Assembly: GCA_050251055.1 (NCBI GenBank)
Contig: JBFWNL010000006.1
Span: 96,001 to 160,000 of the forward strand
Source: Bacteriovoracia bacterium
Lineage (GTDB): Bacteria; Bdellovibrionota; UBA1018; JBFWNL01
Reading direction: 5' to 3'
DNA: 64,000 nt
Numbering within the stretch: the first letter of the stretch is position 1; every line of letters starts with the position of its first letter. A program made the position numbers and the translations under genes. Positions 20,464-30,669 of this stretch are shown here, one piece after another. The notes under the pieces were generated by a model. That model was not told where the DNA came from, ran no database searches, and saw only the letters and a list, made by a program, of their open reading frames with translations.

Positions 20464-21537
20464 ATGTTCGATAAACTGAACTCCGTAGAGCAGCGTTTTG
20501 AAGAGGTGGAGAGCCGCCTGGCCGATCCTTCGCTCGCGAGCAACCCGATCGAGTTCCGCCGTCTTTCGCTCGAGCATTCCACCTTACAGGAAATCGTCGA
20601 CGAGTTCCGGAATTACAAAAAAATGAACGACGAGTTCGTCTCGAATAAGGAGCTGCTGGGCGAGAAGGACGAGGAGATCGCGGAACTCGCCAAGGAAGAG
20701 CTCAAACGCCTGGAACCCGCGATCGAGGAAAGTAAGCAGAAGTTGCGTTTGCTGCTGCTGCCCCAGGATCCCAACGACGCGAAAAACGTGATCTTTGAAA
20801 TCCGCGCGGGCGCGGGCGGCGAGGAAGCCGCACTCTTTGTGGCCGCCCTCTTTCGTATGTACCAGCGCTACGCCGAACGCCAGGGCTGGCGCGTGGAAAT
20901 CATGTCGTCTAACCCCACGGGTTTGGGCGGGTTGAGGGAAATTATCGCCATGATTTCGGGTGCGCGCGTGTTTAGCCGCCTGAAGTGGGAAGGGGGCGTG
21001 CATCGCGTGCAGCGCGTGCCGGAAACCGAGGCCCAGGGCCGCATCCATACATCCACCGTCACGGTCGCGGTATTGCCCGAAGCCGAGGAAGTCGACGTGA
21101 ATATTAATCCGGCGGATCTGCGTATCGATGTTTTCCGTTCCGGCGGTGCCGGCGGCCAGGGCGTGAACACGACCGACTCCGCCGTGCGTATCACGCACAT
21201 CCCGTCGGGCCTGGTCGTGGTTTGCCAGGACGAGCGTTCCCAGCACAAAAACAAAGACAAGGCGATGAAGATCCTACGCTCCCGTCTGCTCGAGCAGGAA
21301 ATGGAAAAGGCGGCGAAGTCCGAGTCCGACGCCCGTCGCAGCATGGTGGGCACGGGCGATCGCAGCGAGCGCATCCGCACTTATAATTTCCCACAGGGGC
21401 GCCTCACCGACCATCGCATCGGATTGACGATTTATGAACTCCCGCAGGTCATGGAAGGCAAGATCGACGAAGTGATCGCCCGCCTGCAGGCGAACTATCA
21501 GATGGAAGCCCTGAAGGCCCAAGGAGTGACCGAATGA
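20464..21537 (+). CDS. prfA: Peptide chain release factor 1
   Basis: GGQ motif, PET anticodon motif, RIRTYNFPQ. Confidence 0.98.
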   Translation: MFDKLNSVEQRFEEVESRLADPSLASNPIEFRRLSLEHSTLQEIVDEFRNYKKMNDEFVSNKELLGEKDEEIAELAKEELKRLEPAIEESKQKLRLLLLPQDPNDAKNVIFEIRAGAGGEEAALFVAALFRMYQRYAERQGWRVEIMSSNPTGLGGLREIIAMISGARVFSRLKWEGGVHRVQRVPETEAQGRIHTSTVTVAVLPEAEEVDVNINPADLRIDVFRSGGAGGQGVNTTDSAVRITHIPSGLVVVCQDERSQHKNKDKAMKILRSRLLEQEMEKAAKSESDARRSMVGTGDRSERIRTYNFPQGRLTDHRIGLTIYELPQVMEGKIDEVIARLQANYQMEALKAQGVTE

Positions 21538-22433
21538 GCGAGTTTCTGCGCGTGCCCGATGTTTTAGGCGAAGTGTCCGCCGTCCTCGGTGGGAACACGG
21601 TCGAATCCGAACGCATCCTGCTCGCCAGCCTCGAGCGGGACCTGGGCATGCAGGTGGGCCGGGCCCGCATGTACCTGGAGTTTCGCGAGCATTTGAGCCC
21701 GGAAACCCGCGACCGCGCGTTGGGGATCGCGCGTGAGCGCGCCCGTGGCGCTTCCTTGCAGTACTTGTTGGGAGTCCAGGACTTTTTGGATCACGAGTAC
21801 GAAGTGAACCCGAACGTGCTGATCCCAAGGCCCGAGACCGAAATCCTGGTGCGGGAAGTGCTCCGTACCTACAAAGACCGTCGGCCCGAGGGGGGCCTGC
21901 GGGGCGCCGAGATTGGGTTAGGTAGTGGCGTGATCTCCATCGAGCTTTTAGCGAATCGTCCGGATTTGCGCATGACGGCCACCGAGGTGTGCGCCGAGGC
22001 TCGCTCGCTCGCGCTTCGCAATGTCGACCGCGTGCTGGGTGATCGCGATCGCCTGGAGATTTTGGCGCCCGATTCGGCGTCGGACGTCGTGAAAACCCTG
22101 AGCTGGTATTTGGAAGCGGGCCTGGGGCCGTTGGATTTTTTGGTGAGTAACCCGCCTTACCTCAGTCCCGAAGAGGCCGAAGCGGAAGTCGTGCGCAACG
22201 AGCCTCATGGCGCGCTTTTCCCCGCGGGTGGGGATCTTCTGCTTTTTTACCGTGAGATCGCGGCGAACGCCGGGGGTTTTCTGCGCCCCGATGGATTGGT
22301 TTTCTTGGAGATTCCGCACGAACGCGCCGACGAGATCCAGGCCCTCTTCACGCGCGAAGGTTGGGACGCTTGGATTCAATCGGACCTGACCTTGCGCGAT
22401 CGGGTTCTGGTCGCGAAACGGGTGCAGCAGTAA
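21534..22433 (+). CDS. prmC: Release factor glutamine methyltransferase
   Basis: LIPRPETE, EIGLGSG, SNPPY; directly after prfA. Confidence 0.92.
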   Translation: MSEFLRVPDVLGEVSAVLGGNTVESERILLASLERDLGMQVGRARMYLEFREHLSPETRDRALGIARERARGASLQYLLGVQDFLDHEYEVNPNVLIPRPETEILVREVLRTYKDRRPEGGLRGAEIGLGSGVISIELLANRPDLRMTATEVCAEARSLALRNVDRVLGDRDRLEILAPDSASDVVKTLSWYLEAGLGPLDFLVSNPPYLSPEEAEAEVVRNEPHGALFPAGGDLLLFYREIAANAGGFLRPDGLVFLEIPHERADEIQALFTREGWDAWIQSDLTLRDRVLVAKRVQQ

Positions 22434-23683
22434 TGGATAAGCTCAGGATTCGCGGCGGGAAAAAACTTTTGGGCACGGTCCAGGTCGGCGGCGCCAAGAA
22501 CGCCGCCCTGCCGATCTTGTTCTCGAGCCTGCTCACCGACGAGACTTGCACCTACGAGCAGATGCCGGAGCTGCAGGACATCGAGTCGACGGTCGCGCTG
22601 CTGGAGCATCTCGGTGCGCAGGTGAAGCGCGAGGATCACGTGGCGCACGTCAAATCGGGCGTGAAGCTCGGCACCCATGCGCCCTACGATCTGGTTCGTA
22701 AGATGCGGGCTTCGGTGTTGACGTTAGGGCCTTTGCTCGCGCGTTACGGCCAAGCCGAGGTCAGCCTACCGGGAGGTTGCGCGATCGGCGCGCGGCCCAT
22801 CAATTTGCACCTGGCCGGCATGGAAAAGCTCGGGGCCAAGATCGAGCTCGAGCAAGGTTATGTACGTGCGCAGGCCAAGGCGCTCGTGGGGAATCGAGTC
22901 ACCTTTGAGATGCCGAGCGTGGGCGCCACCGAAAACGTGCTGATGGCCGCGGTGCTCGCCAAAGGCGAGAGCGTGCTGGAGAACTGCGCGCGCGAGCCTG
23001 AGATTGTGGATCTCGCCCAAGCTTTGCGCGCGATGGGCGCGAAAATCGAAGGCGAAGGATCCGAGCAGATTCGGGTTCAAGGCGTGAGCGCGCTCAAGGG
23101 CTGTCGCTATCGGGTGATGGGGGATCGGATCGAAGCGGGTACCTATCTTGCCGCTGGTTTCATCACGCGCGGGAAGGTGCGCGTGAACGGTTTGGATTAC
23201 CAGAACTACGAAGCCGTGCTGGAGCGCTTCGAAGCCGCGGGCGCGAAGATCCAGCGGCACGCGGACGGCGTGGAGCTCGATGGGAGCGGCCGCGCCCAGG
23301 GCGTGGACGTGACGACTTTGCCGTACCCCGGATTTCCGACCGACATGCAGGCGCAGTTCATGGCGGTGATGTGCACGGCGGACGGCGCCTCGATGATCAC
23401 CGAGACTATTTTTGAAAACCGCTTCATGCACGTGCCCGAGTTGCAGCGCTTGGGCGCGGACATCACCATTCGGGGGAAGAGCGCGCTCGTTCGTGGTAAA
23501 GAAAAGTTAATCGGCGCGCCTCTCATGGCCACCGACCTTCGCGCGAGCGCGAGCCTAGTCCTGGGCGGGCTGTGCGCCGAGGGAGAAACCGTGGTTAACC
23601 GCGTCTACCACTTGGATCGCGGTTACGAGCGCATGGAAGAGAAGCTTCGAAGCCTCGGCGCCGACGTGGTGCGTATTCAATAA
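22433..23683 (+). CDS. murA: UDP-N-acetylglucosamine 1-carboxyvinyltransferase
   Basis: GAKNAALP, LPGGCAIGARP, PGFPTDMQAQ, DLRASA, HLDRGYE. Confidence 0.98.
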   Translation: MDKLRIRGGKKLLGTVQVGGAKNAALPILFSSLLTDETCTYEQMPELQDIESTVALLEHLGAQVKREDHVAHVKSGVKLGTHAPYDLVRKMRASVLTLGPLLARYGQAEVSLPGGCAIGARPINLHLAGMEKLGAKIELEQGYVRAQAKALVGNRVTFEMPSVGATENVLMAAVLAKGESVLENCAREPEIVDLAQALRAMGAKIEGEGSEQIRVQGVSALKGCRYRVMGDRIEAGTYLAAGFITRGKVRVNGLDYQNYEAVLERFEAAGAKIQRHADGVELDGSGRAQGVDVTTLPYPGFPTDMQAQFMAVMCTADGASMITETIFENRFMHVPELQRLGADITIRGKSALVRGKEKLIGAPLMATDLRASASLVLGGLCAEGETVVNRVYHLDRGYERMEEKLRSLGADVVRIQ

Positions 23684-23733
23684 AAGACAAATCCATTGAC
23701 GCGCATGGAACGGGAGTTTATTGATTTCCCGGG

Positions 23734-24111
23734 ATGGGAAACGAGCAAGCTACCGATAACAACTGCATTTTTTGCAAAATCATCCGCGGTGAAATTCCAT
23801 CGCAGAAGCTCTTGGATGATGAGCATTTCATCGCTTTTCGCGATATCCAGCCGCAGGCAAAGACCCATTTGCTGGTGGTGCCGAAGCGTCACGTCGCTTC
23901 CGTGGCCGATGCGTTCGCGCCGGGCGTCCCAGGTGGGCGTGATCTGATGGGCCAGCTTTACGAGCGTGCCGCCGCGCTGGCGCAGGCTCAAGGGCTTTGG
24001 CCCGGAGGCTATCGGTGCGTGATCAACACCGGGGCGCACGGGGGACAGACCGTGTTCCACTTGCATTTGCACGTGCTGGGCGGAGAGCCGCTCACGGGGA
24101 AGTTCGCCTAG
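23734..24111 (+). CDS. Histidine triad nucleotide-binding protein (HinT-like)
   Basis: CIFCKII, QTVFHLHLHVLGG. Confidence 0.95.
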   Translation: MGNEQATDNNCIFCKIIRGEIPSQKLLDDEHFIAFRDIQPQAKTHLLVVPKRHVASVADAFAPGVPGGRDLMGQLYERAAALAQAQGLWPGGYRCVINTGAHGGQTVFHLHLHVLGGEPLTGKFA

Positions 24112-24136
24112 TGCCAGTCCACGCGAGAGGCATTCG

Positions 24137-25042
24137 ATGAAAATTCTCCTGACGGGCGCCACGGGTTTCGTAGGCCGCCCCCTCTGCGAATACCTGAAGG
24201 CGCGCGGCCACGATTTAGTCGTGCTGACCCGCTCGGGCAAGGCGGCGATTGGTCGCGCGGTTCGCTGGGATTACACGCGTGGCCCGGTGCCGGCGGAAGC
24301 CCTGCGCGATGTGGACGCCGTTATTCATCTGGCGGGTGAGTCCGTCGCCAGTCGCTGGACCGATAAGCAGAAGAAGTTGATTCGGGATTCTCGGGTGCTC
24401 ACGACTCAATCGCTCCTGGATTCGTTGAAGCGGTCCCACGAACATCGTTGCAAGGTGTTCGTGTCGGCGTCCGCGATCGGCATTTACGGTAATCGCGCCG
24501 ATCAGATGCTGACGGAGATTTCTCCTCCCGGAAACGGGTTCCTCGCGGATGTCTGCAAGGAGTGGGAGTCCACGCTCTTTGCCGACGCCGAAACCGGGGG
24601 TATGCGTAAGGTCGCGCTTCGCTTCGGTATGGTTCTGGGCGAAGGCGGAGGCGCGCTGCCTAAGATGTTGCCGATTTTTCGCGCCGGGCTGGGTGGCCCG
24701 CTGGGATCGGGCCGTCAGTACATGAGCTGGATCCACATCGCCGACCTGGTCCATCTGGTGGATTCCTGTTTGACCTCGTCCGAGTTTCAGGGACCCATTA
24801 ACGCGGTGGCCCCCAATCCGGTCACCAACCGCGAGTTTTCCCGGGTGTTGGGCAAGGTACTGCGGCGTCCGACTTTTTTAAAAGCGCCGGCCTTCGCGAT
24901 TAAGGCGGCGTTGGGGGAGATGTCGGAAGTGCTATTGGATAGCCAGCGGGTGTTTCCGGAACGGGCGATAAAAGCTGGATTTTCTTGTACATTCGAGCGC
25001 ATCGAAGATGCCCTGGTGGATATTCTGTCGGAGCCAGTATAA
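24137..25042 (+). CDS. TIGR01777-family NAD-dependent oxidoreductase/epimerase
   Basis: TGATGFVG, IHLAGE, LGSGRQYMSWIH, INAVAPNPV. Confidence 0.92.
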   Translation: MKILLTGATGFVGRPLCEYLKARGHDLVVLTRSGKAAIGRAVRWDYTRGPVPAEALRDVDAVIHLAGESVASRWTDKQKKLIRDSRVLTTQSLLDSLKRSHEHRCKVFVSASAIGIYGNRADQMLTEISPPGNGFLADVCKEWESTLFADAETGGMRKVALRFGMVLGEGGGALPKMLPIFRAGLGGPLGSGRQYMSWIHIADLVHLVDSCLTSSEFQGPINAVAPNPVTNREFSRVLGKVLRRPTFLKAPAFAIKAALGEMSEVLLDSQRVFPERAIKAGFSCTFERIEDALVDILSEPV

Positions 25043-25064
25043 GCCAGTGTATAAGGAAACAATC

Positions 25065-25775
25065 ATGAGGCAATTGATTACGGTCATTTTCGGGCTCCTG
25101 CTGAGCTTGTCCTCCAGCCAAGGCGCGGCGGACACCGACATCGCCGCCAAGTTTCGCGCGGAGCTCGCCAAGCTCCCCCAGACGGAAAAAAACGAGAAGG
25201 TCCGCCTCGTGAAAGAAGCGAACCTGCTTTTCTTTCTCGCCAAGGAAATCGACAACGAGGAGCAGAAAGAAAAAATGTTCGAGAGCGGCCGCGACAAGGC
25301 GCTCGAGGTGTTGAAGCAAGACCCCAAGAATCCGGGCGCCTTGCTTTGGTCGGCGGTAAATGACGGTGGCTTGGCCGAGATCCACAAGAACCTGGCTGGC
25401 TTGCGCACGATTTCGCGTATGCAGGAAACCATGTTCAAACTCAAGGAAATCGACCCGGATTACGAATACGCGGCGGCCGATCGCACCTTGGCCAAGCTTT
25501 ACCAGGAAGCCCCGGGCTTCATCTCGATCGGTTCTTCGTCGCAGGCCCGCAAGCATTTTCTGCTCGCGGTGAAGCGGTTCCCCGATTATCCGGCGAACCA
25601 GCTCCTTTACGCCCAATTCCTTTACGATAAGGAAGAGTACGAAGAGGCGAAGAAGTTGGTCGAAGCGATGCTCAAGGGCAAGGAGATGGCCAAGCATCCG
25701 CTTTATCAGGCGCGCTGGCAAATCGACGGCAAGGAAACGCTGGCGAAAATCGAAGCCAAATTAAAGAAGAAATGA
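25065..25775 (+). CDS. Secreted TPR-like helical protein (TatT/BstC-like), coupled to crtY
   Basis: Signal peptide; IDPDYEYAAADRTLAKLYQEAPG...G...ARKHF...FPDYPAN pattern; ATGA overlap with crtY. Confidence 0.6.
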   Translation: MRQLITVIFGLLLSLSSSQGAADTDIAAKFRAELAKLPQTEKNEKVRLVKEANLLFFLAKEIDNEEQKEKMFESGRDKALEVLKQDPKNPGALLWSAVNDGGLAEIHKNLAGLRTISRMQETMFKLKEIDPDYEYAAADRTLAKLYQEAPGFISIGSSSQARKHFLLAVKRFPDYPANQLLYAQFLYDKEEYEEAKKLVEAMLKGKEMAKHPLYQARWQIDGKETLAKIEAKLKKK

Positions 25776-26938
25776 GTGGAAAAGTGACGGCGACGCGTAG
25801 CCAATACGACCTGATTTTCGTGGGGGGCGGGCTGGCCGCGGGGTTGGCCGCGGATCGTATCTTGGCGCAGTGGCCACGCACCCGGATGTTGATGCTCGAG
25901 AAGGGCGCGCAGCTCGGGGGCAATCATACCTGGTCGTTTCACACGACCGATCTCACCGCCGCTCAGTACGATTGGGTGAGGCCATACGTTTCGAAAACCT
26001 GGAAGGGCTACGACGTTTGGTTTCCGCGATACGAGCGGACGCTCCAATCTGATTACAATTCCATTCAATCCGAAAAATTCCACGAAGTGCTCCTGGCTAA
26101 ACTCGGCGATCGCGTCCGTTTGAACGCGGACGTGCGAAGCCTCACTCCGCATCGGGTGACGCTGGCCGACGGCGAGCAGCTCGAGGCCGCTTGCGTGATC
26201 GACGCGCGCGGGTTCGCCGACATCGTGCCGGGTTCGGTCGCGTACCAGAAGTTCGTCGGCATCGATCTGCAGCTTTCCGTCCCGCATGGGCTCACGCGTC
26301 CGACCATCATGGACGTGACCTGCGAGCAGCGTGACGGCTTTCGTTTTTTCTATCTCCTCCCCTGGAGCGAAACCTCGCTGCTGATTGAAGACACGCGCTA
26401 TTCGGCCACGCCGGATGTCGACTTCAAGGAGTACGAAAGCGAGATCCTCGATTACGCCCATCGCCACGGCTGGAAGGTTCAGCATCAGATCCGCCACGAG
26501 ATCGGCATCCTGCCGATTCCGCTTCGCCAGGAGATTTTCGTCCGCGATGCCTCCTTCGTGGTCGGGGTGCCGATTATTGGAAGCCGCGCGTCATTTTTTC
26601 ATTCGACGACGGGATACTCCCTACCCGAAGCCGTGCAGTTGGCCGAAGAGCTCGCGAGCCTGACTCCCTTGACCTCCGAAAACCTCCTGAATTTCTTGGA
26701 GAAATACGAACAGAAGCAATTCCGTAAGGAAGGCTATTACCGCCTGCTGAACCGCATGCTTTTCTTTGCGGCTGACCCCCAAATCCGCTATAAGATTTTC
26801 GAGCGTTTTTATCGATTGTCCGAGGGGTTAATTCAGCGTTTCTACGCTGGAAAGATGACCCTCGCGGATCGCGTGCGGTTGCTGAGTGGCAAACCGCCGG
26901 TGCCGATTTCTCGCGCTCTGGGTTGTCTCTTTGAGTGA
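25772..26938 (+). CDS. crtY: Lycopene beta-cyclase
   Basis: DLIFVGGGLAAG, GGNHTWSFH, YQKFVG, IEDTRYS, TGYSLP, GKPPVP. Confidence 0.93.
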   Translation: MSGKVTATRSQYDLIFVGGGLAAGLAADRILAQWPRTRMLMLEKGAQLGGNHTWSFHTTDLTAAQYDWVRPYVSKTWKGYDVWFPRYERTLQSDYNSIQSEKFHEVLLAKLGDRVRLNADVRSLTPHRVTLADGEQLEAACVIDARGFADIVPGSVAYQKFVGIDLQLSVPHGLTRPTIMDVTCEQRDGFRFFYLLPWSETSLLIEDTRYSATPDVDFKEYESEILDYAHRHGWKVQHQIRHEIGILPIPLRQEIFVRDASFVVGVPIIGSRASFFHSTTGYSLPEAVQLAEELASLTPLTSENLLNFLEKYEQKQFRKEGYYRLLNRMLFFAADPQIRYKIFERFYRLSEGLIQRFYAGKMTLADRVRLLSGKPPVPISRALGCLFE

Positions 26939-26967
26939 ACTCAAAACACTGAATTGGGGAAGTTAGT

Positions 26968-28020
26968 TTGAGCCAAGCCGAAACGACGCAGACGGGTTTC
27001 CCGGCGGGGAAGAAACTCGAGAAGCTTTTGGAGCTTCGCACGTCCGGAAATATTTCCGAACTTTTGTCCTCCGTGCTTTACGAACCGATCGAAGATCTGT
27101 TCCAACGTCCGCGCAAGGAGTTCCGCGGGCAGATGGTGGAGCTGGGTTTCGCGTTGGCCGACGGCCCGGGCTCGCATCTCAAGCTCACCGCCGAAGAAAA
27201 AAAACTCTGCGCCTGCGGCGCGAAGATCTTGGAATCCCTGCACGCGGGCTCGCTCGTGGTGGACGATATCCAGGACAACAGCAAGGTTCGTCGCGGTAAA
27301 GAGACCCTGCACCTGCGCTACGGGCTTCCGATGGCGCTGAATGCGGGCAACTGGCTTTATTTCTGGCCCATGCAGATCATCCGCGAAGCCGGCCTCAGCG
27401 CCGAGATTGAGTTACAGCTTTACCAGCTTTGCCACCGTACCTTGATCCGCGCCCATTACGGTCAGGCGCTTGACGTGGGTATTCCGGTCGATACGCTGCC
27501 GCAGAAAAAAATTCCGTCCGTTTGCATGGCTTCGCTTGAGCTCAAGAGCGGCGCCCTCATGGCGCTCGCGCTCACCATTGGTGCGACGCTGGGTAAGGCT
27601 TCGGCCGAGCGCATCGATGCGCTCGACGAGTTCGGTCACCGCTTCGGCATCGCGCTGCAGATGTTCGATGACCTGGGCAACCTGAAGGCGCGCCCCACGA
27701 AAAGCCCCGAGGCGCTCAAGCAGTTCGAAGATCTCTACCTGCGCCGCCCCTCCTGGGTGTGGGTCGTGGCCGCCGAAAACTTCCCGGCGCCCGTTTTCAA
27801 GGCTTTCCTGCACGCCGTTCAGCAATTACCGGACGAGTCGTACCTCGCGGAATGGCTCAAGGCCAATCCGCTGCGCGACATCGGTAAACGCAAGGCGAAG
27901 GACTTCCTGATGCAGTCCTTCAGGAAGCTGGAAGAACATTTCGAGATGGAACCCGAGTTCCACGCGGCGCTCAAGATTCTCAAAGAACAAGTGGAAAGGC
28001 TGATTGGTGCATATGAGTAA
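26968..28020 (+). CDS. crtE: Geranylgeranyl diphosphate synthase (polyprenyl synthetase)
   Basis: LHAGSLVVDDIQDNSKVRRG (FARM), GQALD, LQMFDD; inside crt operon. Confidence 0.8.
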   Translation: MSQAETTQTGFPAGKKLEKLLELRTSGNISELLSSVLYEPIEDLFQRPRKEFRGQMVELGFALADGPGSHLKLTAEEKKLCACGAKILESLHAGSLVVDDIQDNSKVRRGKETLHLRYGLPMALNAGNWLYFWPMQIIREAGLSAEIELQLYQLCHRTLIRAHYGQALDVGIPVDTLPQKKIPSVCMASLELKSGALMALALTIGATLGKASAERIDALDEFGHRFGIALQMFDDLGNLKARPTKSPEALKQFEDLYLRRPSWVWVVAAENFPAPVFKAFLHAVQQLPDESYLAEWLKANPLRDIGKRKAKDFLMQSFRKLEEHFEMEPEFHAALKILKEQVERLIGAYE

Positions 28021-29587
28021 GAAAGCAGCGGTAATTGGCAGCGGTTTTGGTGGGTTGAGCGTGGCGATTCGCCTGCAGGCGGCCGGCTTCAAAACCACCA
28101 TTTTTGAAAAGCGCGATCTGCCCGGCGGCCGCGCCTACGTCTTCAAACAGGACGGTTTTTCGTTCGACGCCGGTCCGACCGTGATCACGGCGCCCGAGTG
28201 CATCGACGAGCTTTTTAATATCGCCGGCAAGGACCAGAGCAAGTACGTGAAGATGGTCCCGGTGATGCCGTTCTACCGGTTGCTTTTCGATGACGGCTAT
28301 AAGTTCGATTATTCCAACGACGACGAACAGCTCTTTTCGCAAATCGGCGCGAAGAACCAGCGCGACGTGGAAGGTTACAAGCGCTTCTTGAAGTATTCGG
28401 AGGAAGTCTTCGAACAAGGCTATACGAACCTCGTCCACGTGCCCTTCCTGAACTGGTGGAGCATGATCCGGGTCGCGCCGCAGCTCATGCGCTTGCAGTC
28501 GCCACGTTCGGTGTTCTCGATGGTCGCGAAGTTTATTAAGGACCCGCATCTGCGTACGGCGTTCAGCTTCCACACCCTGCTCGTGGGCGGCAACCCGTTC
28601 ACGACCTCGTCGATCTACACGTTGATCCATTTCCTCGAGCGCAACTGGGGCGTGCACTTCCCGATCGGCGGCACGAGCGCGCTGGTGAACGCTTTGGTGA
28701 AGCTGTTCCAAGACATCGGTGGCACCGTGAAGTTCAACGCCGAGATCGACGAGATCACGACCGCGAATGGCGCCGTGACGGGCGTGAAGCTGAAGGACGG
28801 TACGATCGAAAAATTCGACGCCGTGGTTTCTAACGGTGAGATCATGCACACTTATAAAGATCTCCTGCGTAAGGAGCCGAAGCTCGATTCCACGCGCCGC
28901 TCGCTCGCGCGCAAGGATTACACGATGTCGTTGTTCCTGATTTACTTCGGCACCGACCGCAATTGGGACAATCTTTCGCATCATAATATCATCTTCGGGC
29001 CTCGCTATAAGGAGCTATTGAAGGACATCTTCGTGAACAAGAAGTTGGCCGATGACTTCTCGCTTTACCTGCATAATCCGACCGTCACCGACCCCTCGCT
29101 CGCGCCTGCGGGCAAGCACGCCTATTACGTGCTCGCGCCGGTACCGAACCTGGGCGATTGCGATGTCGACTGGGACCAGGAAGCGCCGAAATATGCCGAT
29201 CGCATCCTGACGTATCTGGAAAGCAAGTACATGCCGGGCTTGAAGAAGAGCATCGTCAGCCAGCGCATTGTCACCCCGAAGTACTTCGAGAAGGACCTCA
29301 ACTCGCACTTGGGTGCGGCCTTTTCGCTCACGCCGAACCTATTGCAGAGCGCTTTCTTCCGTGCGCATAACCGCGACGACAAGATCAAGGGCATGTACGT
29401 GGCGGGCGCGGGTACCCACCCGGGCGCCGGCGTGCCGGGCGTGATCAACTCCGGCAAGGCCACGGCGGGCCTCGTGATCGAGGACTTCGCGGGCCACTTG
29501 GGTAAGGCTTCGGGCGCCACGCACGCGGGCCCGGCGCATACTCGCCGTCCAGTCGAGACCGGCCGCTCTCCCGAGGCGATGCAGTGA
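28013..29587 (+). CDS. crtI: Phytoene desaturase
   Basis: VIGSGFGGL, FDAGPTVIT, LLVGGNPF, GAGTHPGAGVPGV. Confidence 0.96.
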   Translation: MSKKAAVIGSGFGGLSVAIRLQAAGFKTTIFEKRDLPGGRAYVFKQDGFSFDAGPTVITAPECIDELFNIAGKDQSKYVKMVPVMPFYRLLFDDGYKFDYSNDDEQLFSQIGAKNQRDVEGYKRFLKYSEEVFEQGYTNLVHVPFLNWWSMIRVAPQLMRLQSPRSVFSMVAKFIKDPHLRTAFSFHTLLVGGNPFTTSSIYTLIHFLERNWGVHFPIGGTSALVNALVKLFQDIGGTVKFNAEIDEITTANGAVTGVKLKDGTIEKFDAVVSNGEIMHTYKDLLRKEPKLDSTRRSLARKDYTMSLFLIYFGTDRNWDNLSHHNIIFGPRYKELLKDIFVNKKLADDFSLYLHNPTVTDPSLAPAGKHAYYVLAPVPNLGDCDVDWDQEAPKYADRILTYLESKYMPGLKKSIVSQRIVTPKYFEKDLNSHLGAAFSLTPNLLQSAFFRAHNRDDKIKGMYVAGAGTHPGAGVPGVINSGKATAGLVIEDFAGHLGKASGATHAGPAHTRRPVETGRSPEAMQ

Positions 29588-30669
29588 ATTTAGAACCGGG
29601 CCTCCACCGCGACAGCTCAACCCGCGAGAACTCGACTTCGTCTCGCGTGGCGACCACGCTTGGGGGCCACGATGCCCGGCGCGTGGCCGATGTCTCGTCG
29701 CGGGAGGTCTCGGTTTCGGCGCTCACGATCACTCCGGAAATCCAGCAGACCGCGCAGGAAATTATCTCCGCCGGCTCGAAGAGTTTCGCCACGGCGGCGA
29801 AGATCTTCGGCACGAACGTGAAGTATGGCGCGTTTTTTCTCTACGGCTGGTGCCGCTACTGCGATGATGCCACCGACAACGTCGATCAGATCGTCGGGCT
29901 ACGCGCCGACGAAGCCATGCGCATGAAGGCCCAACGCGTGGCCGAGCTCGTGCGCAAGACGAACTCCGCATTCGACGGTGAGCCACAAACGGAATCCGTG
30001 TTTCACGCCTTCCAGTACGCGGTCACGCGCTTCGGCGTGCCTCGCCAGTACGCACTGGATCTATTGAAGGGCATGGATTTGGACGTGCACCGCGCGACCT
30101 ATCAAACTTTCGATGACCTTCGACTTTATTGCTACTATGTGGCCGGCACGGTGGGGTTGATGATGGCCCACATTATGGGCGTGAGCGATCCGCGCGCGCT
30201 CGACAACGCCGCCGCCATGGGCATGGCCATGCAGCTCACGAACATAGCCCGCGACATCCGGGAAGACCACGAAATGGGCCGGATCTACCTGCCGCTCGAT
30301 TGGTTAAAGGAATTCGGAGTGGAACGCTCGGAGCTGATGGACCCCAAGAATCGCGACCAGGTTGTCCAGATGGTCGCCCGTCTCTTGGATGAGGCGGACC
30401 GCTGCTACGCCAAAGGCAAAAGTGGGCTAAAATATCTCCCGCTCCGTTCGGGATGGGCCATTTCGTCCGCCTGTGAGATTTATTCGTATATCGGCAGAGT
30501 CGTGCGCGGCCGCGGTGGACAAGCTTGGGATCGCCGCGCATTTACATCTTTCCCTCGTAAAATTTGGCTAGTAACATATGGGACGTTCAGGGTCTTAAAG
30601 CTGGTGCCCGGGCGGATTTTCAAGCGATGGGCGCCGGTTTCCATCGATGGCATTTGGAGGTTTTCATGA
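29584..30669 (+). CDS. crtB: Phytoene synthase
   Basis: GSKSF, YGWCRYCDD, YCYYVAGTVG, QLTNIARDIREDHEMGRIYLP; start may lie further downstream. Confidence 0.95.
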   Translation: MNLEPGLHRDSSTRENSTSSRVATTLGGHDARRVADVSSREVSVSALTITPEIQQTAQEIISAGSKSFATAAKIFGTNVKYGAFFLYGWCRYCDDATDNVDQIVGLRADEAMRMKAQRVAELVRKTNSAFDGEPQTESVFHAFQYAVTRFGVPRQYALDLLKGMDLDVHRATYQTFDDLRLYCYYVAGTVGLMMAHIMGVSDPRALDNAAAMGMAMQLTNIARDIREDHEMGRIYLPLDWLKEFGVERSELMDPKNRDQVVQMVARLLDEADRCYAKGKSGLKYLPLRSGWAISSACEIYSYIGRVVRGRGGQAWDRRAFTSFPRKIWLVTYGTFRVLKLVPGRIFKRWAPVSIDGIWRFS

